Shown here: positions 57,082 through 64,000 of the stretch, in pieces
Layout of the letters: each line of letters opens with the position of its first letter
Position numbering within the stretch: position 1 is the stretch's first letter
DNA from: a bacterium
GTDB lineage: Bacteria; Oederibacteriota; CAKKQC01
DNA length: 64,000 nucleotides
Reading direction: 5' to 3'
NCBI GenBank assembly: GCA_919901855.1
Contig: CAKKQC010000007.1
Coordinates: 87,517 to 151,516, forward strand
Position numbers and translations under genes: made by a program
The notes under the pieces: generated by a model
What the model was told of the DNA's origin: nothing
Seen by the model: only the letters and a program-made list of their open reading frames with translations
The model's database searches: none

Positions 57082-58695
57082 ATGACCGCCACCGCCCGCG
57101 CCCTGCCGCCCCTCGACCGCCCGCTCTTGTGGGGCCGCCTCTACCGGGAGGCCGAGCTCCTGAAGGCCGCGCTTCGCGTCTACACCAAGCCCCTGTTCGC
57201 GTGGCGCAAGGCCCTCGCGGTCTCGACCGACGACCGCACGCTCTACGACTTCGCGCGCTCGGGTTTGAAGCATCTCGACCGCATGCACGGCGAGCTCGCG
57301 CGCGGCGAGTTCCGGTTCCGGCCGGGGCTGGCGCTTACGTTCAACTTCAACGGCAAGCGTCGAACCCTGCACATCTACCCGTGGGAGGAGCGGGTCGTGG
57401 ACCTCCTGCTGTACCGGCTGCTCACCCGGTCCCTGCACGGCTGGCTCTCGCCCCACGCGTGGGCCTACCGGATCACGGGGTTCGGCGTGGACCGGTGCCA
57501 GCGCGGAGTGGCGAAGGCCCTTCAGCGGGGCGGAGGACCCCGGTACGTGGTCAAGCGGGACATCACGGAGTATTTCGCGTCCGTGGACCACGGGATTCTG
57601 CTGGAGCAGGTCGGCTCGCTGGTGGCGCCTGGCGACCCGCTCATGCGCCTGCTCGAATCCCGGGTGCGGTTCCAGTACCGGCGCGACGGCGAGACGCTGA
57701 CCGCGGACCGCGGCATCCCGTTCGGGACCGCGGTCGCGTGCGCGTTCGCGAACATCCACTTGACGGGGCTGGACCGCGACCTGGCCGCGATCCCGGGGAT
57801 CGCGTACTTCCGGTACGCGGACGACATACTCGTCGTGACGCCGGATGGCCCGGCGGCGCGCCGGGCGGCGTCGGTTATCGACGACGCGCTAGCCTCCCTG
57901 CGATTGACCGACAAGGCAAGTCACCGGCACGACTACTATTTCGCCGCGCCCCCGGGTCCGAGGACGGACCCGCCGCGCGAAGCCTTCGGCTTCGCGGGGG
58001 TTTCGCGGTTCAGGCATTTGGGATTGGAGTACCGCGCGGACGGGTCGATCGGGCTCTCGCGCGACAAGTTCCGGAAGATCATGAACCTGTTCCGGTACGC
58101 GTTCCGGCGCAAGGCGAAGCGGCTCGCGCGGATGAAGGACCCGGAGGCGCGGGCGCGCACCGCGGTCGAGCTCGCACGCCAGGTGCTCGAGAACGGAATG
58201 CGGAACATCGCGATCGTGGACTACTACCTCAAGCACGTGACCGACGAGGCCCAGCTCGGCCTGCTCGACCGCTGGCTGGCCGAGGAGGTTCTCGCGATCG
58301 CGACCGGCCGGGGCCACCGGAAGGGCAACTTCCGCGTTATTTCCTACGGGCGCCTGCGGGCCCTGGGTCTGCCGTCGCTCGTGCATCGGCGCCGGCTCAT
58401 TCGGCACGGTCACCTGGATTCGTCGTTCTTCATATGGAAGATTCAGCAGGCCCGGCGCGCGGCCGGACGAACGGAGGGGACGGCTGCCACCCCCGGAAAG
58501 GGCCCGCAAGGGCCGCTTCGCCGGGGATTCTCTCCAAGCCCAGAAGCAGCGGCAATTGAAACGCCCGTGGGAGAGGGCGCCGCCTGTCGATGGGTGTCAT
58601 TGAAGAATGCTGCCGCTACGCGGCAGCATTCGTTTCCCAAGCCGTCCTTTCCATTGGTCACGGCCGCGCACACCAGTCAGGAGGATCCGAGGTGA
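57082..58695 (+). CDS. RNA-directed DNA polymerase (reverse transcriptase), group II intron-like but stand-alone
   Basis: GKRRTLHI..WEERVV, AWAYR, VVKRDITEYFASVDH, GIPFG..AFANIHL..LD, YFRYADDILV (YADD 57814-57825), FRHLG, thumb-like QLGLLDRWL...GLPSL. Confidence 0.92.
   Translation: MTATARALPPLDRPLLWGRLYREAELLKAALRVYTKPLFAWRKALAVSTDDRTLYDFARSGLKHLDRMHGELARGEFRFRPGLALTFNFNGKRRTLHIYPWEERVVDLLLYRLLTRSLHGWLSPHAWAYRITGFGVDRCQRGVAKALQRGGGPRYVVKRDITEYFASVDHGILLEQVGSLVAPGDPLMRLLESRVRFQYRRDGETLTADRGIPFGTAVACAFANIHLTGLDRDLAAIPGIAYFRYADDILVVTPDGPAARRAASVIDDALASLRLTDKASHRHDYYFAAPPGPRTDPPREAFGFAGVSRFRHLGLEYRADGSIGLSRDKFRKIMNLFRYAFRRKAKRLARMKDPEARARTAVELARQVLENGMRNIAIVDYYLKHVTDEAQLGLLDRWLAEEVLAIATGRGHRKGNFRVISYGRLRALGLPSLVHRRRLIRHGHLDSSFFIWKIQQARRAAGRTEGTAATPGKGPQGPLRRGFSPSPEAAAIETPVGEGAACRWVSLKNAAATRQHSFPKPSFPLVTAAHTSQEDPR
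58457..58669 (+). ncRNA. Candidate RT-associated structured RNA (long closing helix plus internal hairpins), overlapping the RT 3' end
   Basis: 58457-58485 pairs with 58640-58669; internal GCAA-tetraloop hairpin 58491-58526 and perfect 12-bp hairpin 58605-58631; expression not shown. Confidence 0.6.
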
Positions 58696-59396
58696 AGATC
58701 ATCGATTGTCCGTACTGCAACCAGCCGGGGGCGGAGAAAAGCCTGTTCAAGACCCGGTGTCCGAACCCCGCGTGCCCGGCGTATGACCCTGAGATGAGGG
58801 GCGGGCTCTCCGTGAACCGGTCGACGACGGAGGCGCGGACCGAGATGCCGGCCCGCCCCGTGTCTCCGGAGTCCGCGCAGCCGAAGCCGGGCGAGCTCCT
58901 GCCGCAGGCGGGCGAGGGTGCCCCCGGCCGGCCGGAGTCCGACCGCAAGACCGTGGAGGTGAAGGCGAAGGGGGGCGGTTGCGGCGGAGCGCTCCTCCTC
59001 TGGGTCGCCGCCTACTTCGCGTTCCGTTATGCGCTTCGCCACGGCTCCTACTGGTGGGGGCTCGTCGCCTTCTTCGTGTTCCTCGCGTGGAGCAAGTCGC
59101 GCCAGGAGACGGCCCGCGCGGCCCGGCGCCCCGCGGCGACGCGCGAGATCGATAAGGAGACGGGTAAGCCCGTCATCGTTTACGAGGAGCCGTTCGACGC
59201 CGGTGGCGAGCACGGGGTCGAGATCCGGTACAAGAACTGGAAGGGCGAGACCAAGACCTTCGTCGGCGACCGGCGGACGATGCGGCGCCGCGGCCGCCAT
59301 CTGTCCCTGCGCGTCGCGCCCAATGGCGTCCGGATCGCGCTCGCGCTCGACCGGATCCAGAATCTGCCCGAGGCGGAGGCCGCAACCCCGAAATGA
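58692..59396 (+). CDS. Zn-ribbon, 2 TM, WYL-like domain protein
   Basis: AGGAGG RBS, GTG overlapping the RT stop; CPYC..CPNPAC; two TM segments; [11 protein letters not shown]...[10 protein letters not shown]. Confidence 0.65.
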   Translation: MKIIDCPYCNQPGAEKSLFKTRCPNPACPAYDPEMRGGLSVNRSTTEARTEMPARPVSPESAQPKPGELLPQAGEGAPGRPESDRKTVEVKAKGGGCGGALLLWVAAYFAFRYALRHGSYWWGLVAFFVFLAWSKSRQETARAARRPAATREIDKETGKPVIVYEEPFDAGGEHGVEIRYKNWKGETKTFVGDRRTMRRRGRHLSLRVAPNGVRIALALDRIQNLPEAEAATPK

Positions 59397-61678
59397 AGCT
59401 CTGGTACCGCGAGCCGGCGGCGGCGTGGTTGCACGCGCTGCCCGTGGGGAACGGACGGCTCGGGGCCATGGTCTTCGGCGGCACGCGCGAGGAGCGGCTC
59501 CAGCTCAACGAGCTCTCGCTCTGGGCGGGAGCCCCTGGCGATTGCGCGAATCCCGAGGCGCTCGCCCACCTGCCCGAGGTCCGGAAGCTGGTCTTCGCGG
59601 GGCGGTACGCGGAGGCGGAGGCGCTCTGCGACCGGTTCCTACTGGGCTCCCCGAACGCCGTCCGGCCGTACCAGGCCCTGGGCGATCTGCGGCTAGTCTT
59701 CGACGGCGTGGGAGAGGCGGACGGCTACCGGCGCGAACTCGACATCGAGACAGCGATGGCGAGGGTCATCTTCACCTCGGGGGGCGTGGGTCACCGGCGG
59801 GACGTCTTCGCGAGCTTCCCCGACCAGGTGATCGTCGTCCGGCTCGAGGCCTCGGGACCCGGCGGACTCTCGTTCACGGCCGCAATCTCGCGGGAGGCGG
59901 ACGCCGCGATGATACCGGCCGGCACGGACCTCGCGCTGACGGGGGCTTGCGACGGCGGGCAGGGACTCGCCTTTGAGGCGCGCGTCCGGTGCGTCGCCGA
60001 GGGGGGCACCGTGTCGGTGGGATCATCCGGGCTCCGCGTCGAGGGCGCGAGGGCCGCCACCCTCCTCATCGCGGCGGCCACGGCGTGGGACGGGAGGAAC
60101 CCCGGCGCCGAGTGCGCCGCGGCGCTCGACCGGGCGTCTGCGAAGTCCTTCGAGGACCTGCTCGCGGCCCATGCGACCGACCACCTCGCGCTCTTCGGCC
60201 GGGTCTCGCTGGACCTGGGCGGCGCCGCGGGGGGGGACCTCCCGACAGACGAACGGCTGGTCCGGGTGGGGCGCGGTGAGCCCGACCCCGATCTCGAGGC
60301 CACGCTGTTCCAGTACGGCCGGTACCTGCTCATCGCCTCCTCCCGGCCGGGCGGACTCCCGGCCACGCTACAGGGCCTCTGGAACGACTCGCTGACCCCC
60401 GCCTGGGACTGCGACTGGCACCTGAACATCAATCTCGAGATGAACTACTGGCCGGCCGAGCCGTGCGCCCTGCCCGAGTGCGCTGAGCCCCTGCTCGCCC
60501 TCGTCGAGTCCCTGCGCGAGTCCGGCCGCCGCACGGCCCGCGTCCACTACGGCTGCGGCGGGTTCGTGGTCCACCATCTCACCGACCTCTGGGGATTCAC
60601 GGTGCCCGCGAACGCGTCGAAGTACGGGCTATGGCCGATGGGCGCGGCGTGGTTATGCCGGCACCTATGGGACCGCTGGGATTACGGCCGGGACCCCGCG
60701 GGCCTGGCCCGACTATACCCGGTGATGAAGGAGGCCGCGGACTTCTTCCTCGACTTCCTGGTCGAGGACCCCGAGGGCCGCCTCGTGACCTGCCCGTCGA
60801 TGTCGCCGGAGAACGTGTTCCGGACCGCCGACGGCCAGGTTGCTTCCGTGTGCGCGGCACCTGCGATGGACGTCCAGCTCATCGACGACCTCCTGGCCCG
60901 CGTCGCCGACGCCTCCGAGATTCTCGGGGTCGACGAGGACTACCGGGAGCGCGTGCTCGGCGTGCGCGCCCGCCTCCCCGGGATGCGCATCGGGCGGCAC
61001 GGCCAGCTCCAGGAGTGGGCCGAGGACTTCGAGGAGGTGGAGCCCGGCCACCGCCACGTGTCGCATCTGTGGGCCGTCTATCCCGGCGACGGGATCACCC
61101 CGCGGGCCGCGCCCGAGCTGGCGACGGCGGCCCGGCGGTCGCTCGAGCGCCGGCTCGCGCACGGCGGGGGCGGGACCGGGTGGAGCCGCGCCTGGGTCGT
61201 CGCGCTCTGGGCGCGGTTCGGCGAGGGCGCCTTCGCGCACGCGAGCATCCTCGAACTCCTGCGCCACAGCGTCGAGCGGAACCTGTTCGACCTGCATCCG
61301 CCGCATATCTTCCAGATCGACGGGAACTTCGGGGTGTCGGCTGCGATGGCCGAGATGCTCCTGCAGTCCCACGGCGGGGACCTCATCTTCCTCCCGGCCC
61401 TTCCCCCGGCCTGGCCCGACGGCCGCGTCACCGGGCTGCGCGCCCGCGGCGGGTTCACCGTGGACCTGGACTGGTCCGCGGGAGTGCTCACGCGCGCGAT
61501 TGTGCGGGCGAGCGTGCCCCTCGTCTGCCGCGTCCGGTCCGCCGTGCCCCTCGGGTTCGCCCCGGGTCCGGCCTCGGACCCGGGGGCACAGGACGCGCCC
61601 GTGGCCGACACCCCGGAGCCCGGGGTTTTCGAGTTCGAAGCCGAATCCGGCGGCGTCTACGAATTGGTTCCGGGATGA
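59393..61678 (+). CDS. GH95 alpha-L-fucosidase family glycoside hydrolase
   Basis: [61 protein letters not shown]. Confidence 0.92.
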   Translation: MKLWYREPAAAWLHALPVGNGRLGAMVFGGTREERLQLNELSLWAGAPGDCANPEALAHLPEVRKLVFAGRYAEAEALCDRFLLGSPNAVRPYQALGDLRLVFDGVGEADGYRRELDIETAMARVIFTSGGVGHRRDVFASFPDQVIVVRLEASGPGGLSFTAAISREADAAMIPAGTDLALTGACDGGQGLAFEARVRCVAEGGTVSVGSSGLRVEGARAATLLIAAATAWDGRNPGAECAAALDRASAKSFEDLLAAHATDHLALFGRVSLDLGGAAGGDLPTDERLVRVGRGEPDPDLEATLFQYGRYLLIASSRPGGLPATLQGLWNDSLTPAWDCDWHLNINLEMNYWPAEPCALPECAEPLLALVESLRESGRRTARVHYGCGGFVVHHLTDLWGFTVPANASKYGLWPMGAAWLCRHLWDRWDYGRDPAGLARLYPVMKEAADFFLDFLVEDPEGRLVTCPSMSPENVFRTADGQVASVCAAPAMDVQLIDDLLARVADASEILGVDEDYRERVLGVRARLPGMRIGRHGQLQEWAEDFEEVEPGHRHVSHLWAVYPGDGITPRAAPELATAARRSLERRLAHGGGGTGWSRAWVVALWARFGEGAFAHASILELLRHSVERNLFDLHPPHIFQIDGNFGVSAAMAEMLLQSHGGDLIFLPALPPAWPDGRVTGLRARGGFTVDLDWSAGVLTRAIVRASVPLVCRVRSAVPLGFAPGPASDPGAQDAPVADTPEPGVFEFEAESGGVYELVPG

Positions 61679-63987
61679 AGGTCTTGGTGTTTGCCGGCCT
61701 TGTCGGACTTGCGGGCGCGTCCTCCGGCGCGGTGCCTTGGACTCCGGTGGGACTGGCGGGCGGCGGGGGGATGTTCGTCCCCGCGATCTCGCCGCTCGAC
61801 GCGAACCATCTCATGGTCAACTGCGACATGTCGGACGCGTTCATCTCCCGGGATGGCGGCGAGAACTGGACCATGATTCACCACCGGCAGTTGCGCGGGA
61901 ACACGCGGTGCCGGCCGATCTTCCACCCCCGGGACCCCGACACGATTTTCGCGGCGGGTGACTGGGGCGGGGGGCTCAAGGTCAGCCGGGACGGGGGTAC
62001 CACGTGGGCGGCATGGGGCGACCTTCCCGAGGGCGTCACAGAGATCGCGCTGGACCCGGGCGCGCCGGACCGGATGCTGGCCGTGGTCGATGGCGGGGAG
62101 GCGTACGCGTCCGCGGACGCCGGTGCGCACTGGACGAAGACCGAGGGGATCCGCAGCCGGGTCGCGGGGTTCCACTTCGACCGGACCAGTCCCGCGTCCG
62201 CCCGGGTCTGCTTCGCGGGGACGGATGCGGGCGTCTTCGTGAGCCGCGACGGGGGGAGGACGTGGTCTCCCACGGCGGGGAAGGGCTTGCCCCTGGACCT
62301 GATCAAGTCGAAGGACGGCTGGAACTCCGGCGAGGGCGCACCGTTGGGGCCGAGCTTCTGCGGGGGGTCGAGCACGACGACGGGCGAGTGCGTCCTGTAC
62401 TTCGTGACCCGGACGGCCGTGGCCGGGGGCAGGCTCACGGGAGGTGTATTCCGGTCCACGGATCGGGGCGAGACGTGGACGTCCTGCATGGGCGGCGGGA
62501 TCAATCTCGATACCAAGTCGGCCGACGAGTGGGCGGAGGGGCCGTTCCCCCGGTACCATCACGTGCTCACGACCGACACCGCGCCGAGGACCGTCTACGT
62601 CGCCTGCACCAGCTCCGGCTACAATCCGCCGCATCACGCCACGGTCTGGCGGAGCGACGACGCCGGCGCCACGTGGCGGCCGGTCTGGTACTCGGACCCC
62701 CGGTGGAAGGAGTACAACTGCGAGACCGACCGCACTTCCGCTTCCCGGGGCGCGAGCTACAACGGCACGCCGTTCGGGCTCTCGATCTCGCCGACGGACC
62801 CCAACGTCCTGGTCATGACCAACTCGGGCCAGTGCTTCATCACCCGCGACGGGGGGGCGAGATGGATCGCCTCGCACAGCCGTAGGTCCTCAACGAGCAA
62901 GACCATCGCGAAGGATGAGGCCTGGCGGTGCAACGGGCTGGTCGTGACCACGACCTGGCACTACGAAATCGACCCGCACGACGCGAACCGGCACTTCATC
63001 TGCTACACGGACGAGGGGATCGCGCGGTCCGACGACGGGGGGAAGAACTGGCGGTGGTGGGGTGACGAGTCGGGCAGTCCGTGGCGCAACACCTGCTACG
63101 AGCTCGCGTTCGATCCCGCCATCAAGGGGAAGATCTGGGGCGCGTTCTCGGACGTTCACGACATCCCGAACGGGAATATCATCTGGGGCCGGCATTCGAG
63201 CACGGAGCCCGGCGGCGTCTGTCTGAGCGAGGACGAAGGGGTCACGTGGAAGCCGCTTCATGGCCTGCCCTTGGCGCCCGTCGTCTCGGTCATCCTCGAT
63301 CCCGCGAGCCCGGCGAGCGCCCGGCGGCTCTGGGCCTCGTCGTTCGAGCACGGCGTGTACCGGACCGACGACGGCGGGAAGACCTGGAAGATGTGCGGCA
63401 CCGGGCTCGGCGACCCCGGCGTCAACGTCCGCGTCTGCCGGCTGATCCTCCACAAGGATGGAACGCTGTTCGTGCTCATCACGGCCAAACGAGTGAACGG
63501 GCAGTTCTTGAAGGAGGGCGTCGGGCTCTGGCGGCTCGCGAAGGGCGCGACCCGGTGGAAGCGGATCACGGCTACCGTGAACCTGCGGTGGCCCAAGGAC
63601 TTCACCGTGGACCCCGACGACAGCCGCGTCATCTACCTCGGCGCCGCGGACATCACCGGGGAGGAGCAGGGGGGTCTCTACCGGACCTCGGATGGCGGCA
63701 TGTCGTGGACCCGAATCCTGCTGAAAGGCCCCGAGCACTTCGGCGCCGTTCTCCATCCCACGAAGAAGGGCTGGGTCTACGCCACGCTGTGCGAGGAGGC
63801 GAAGGAGTCCGGACTGTATCTCTCGAAGGACGGCGGTTCGACGTGGGCGCCCTTCCTCGACCTGCCGTTCTCGAACATCATGCGCATCACCTTGGACCCC
63901 ACCGACGCCTCCGCCATGTACGTCACCACCTTCGGCGGCTCCGTCTGGCACGGGCCGATAGAGCCTTCATCTGTTGTGCTACCGTAG
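61675..63987 (+). CDS. Secreted BNR/Asp-box repeat beta-propeller protein (sialidase/GH74-like fold)
   Basis: Signal peptide; many S/T-x-D-G-G-x-T-W repeats; ATGA overlap with GH95. Confidence 0.8.
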   Translation: MKVLVFAGLVGLAGASSGAVPWTPVGLAGGGGMFVPAISPLDANHLMVNCDMSDAFISRDGGENWTMIHHRQLRGNTRCRPIFHPRDPDTIFAAGDWGGGLKVSRDGGTTWAAWGDLPEGVTEIALDPGAPDRMLAVVDGGEAYASADAGAHWTKTEGIRSRVAGFHFDRTSPASARVCFAGTDAGVFVSRDGGRTWSPTAGKGLPLDLIKSKDGWNSGEGAPLGPSFCGGSSTTTGECVLYFVTRTAVAGGRLTGGVFRSTDRGETWTSCMGGGINLDTKSADEWAEGPFPRYHHVLTTDTAPRTVYVACTSSGYNPPHHATVWRSDDAGATWRPVWYSDPRWKEYNCETDRTSASRGASYNGTPFGLSISPTDPNVLVMTNSGQCFITRDGGARWIASHSRRSSTSKTIAKDEAWRCNGLVVTTTWHYEIDPHDANRHFICYTDEGIARSDDGGKNWRWWGDESGSPWRNTCYELAFDPAIKGKIWGAFSDVHDIPNGNIIWGRHSSTEPGGVCLSEDEGVTWKPLHGLPLAPVVSVILDPASPASARRLWASSFEHGVYRTDDGGKTWKMCGTGLGDPGVNVRVCRLILHKDGTLFVLITAKRVNGQFLKEGVGLWRLAKGATRWKRITATVNLRWPKDFTVDPDDSRVIYLGAADITGEEQGGLYRTSDGGMSWTRILLKGPEHFGAVLHPTKKGWVYATLCEEAKESGLYLSKDGGSTWAPFLDLPFSNIMRITLDPTDASAMYVTTFGGSVWHGPIEPSSVVLP

Positions 63988-64000
63988 CTCGAGATGACGA

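Noticed and set aside
58530-58605. CRISPR array downstream of the RT
   Set aside because: Only the ATTGAA hexamer recurs; there are no full-length repeats with regular spacers and no cas genes.
58590-58691. Upstream ATG for the WYL-like gene
   Set aside because: It lies inside the structured element with no SD; GTG 58692 has AGGAGG and overlaps the RT stop.
57082-58695. Group II intron interpretation of the RT
   Set aside because: Only ~70 nt separate it from the intact upstream PilZ gene, leaving no room for domains I-III. No domain V (AGC/CGC triad hairpin) or endonuclease domain was recognised, and no host gene is interrupted.

Overview
A very GC-rich (~70%) bacterial chromosomal window with no rRNA, tRNA, CRISPR array or transposase recognised. 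1-23.7 kb holds secreted and envelope proteins: a >3,500-aa S8 subtilase with beta-propeller and Ig/DUF11-like modules (minus strand, runs off the left edge, absent from the ORF track), a FabF-like ketosynthase whose catalytic Cys is Ser, a GT-C-like membrane protein, an 1,892-aa propeller/Ig protein, a GNAT, a FlgD-type CTD protein and a PorV-like barrel. 23.7-34.7 kb is mostly carbohydrate-active enzymes (GH50-like, beta-helix, GH92) plus a GGQ release-factor-like gene. 34.7-48.2 kb is a signalling island: cNMP-binding protein, two Ser/Thr kinase-WD40 paralogues (the second fused to PilC/GspF-like and degenerate PilB/GspE domains), a membrane CBM/pseudopilin-like protein and an FHA-class III cyclase. 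48-57 kb holds metabolic genes and a PilZ protein; 59.4-64 kb encodes GH95 and a BNR-repeat protein. The best candidate for an undescribed system is 57,043-59,396: a stand-alone, non-intron reverse transcriptase (YADD, atypical GIPFG). Its 3' end carries a ~213-nt multi-hairpin element closed by a long inverted-repeat helix, and it is translationally coupled to a Zn-ribbon/2TM/WYL-like gene. Many genes appear leaderless (TAnnnT 6-9 nt before the start codon). Family calls come from motif recognition by eye, not database searches.
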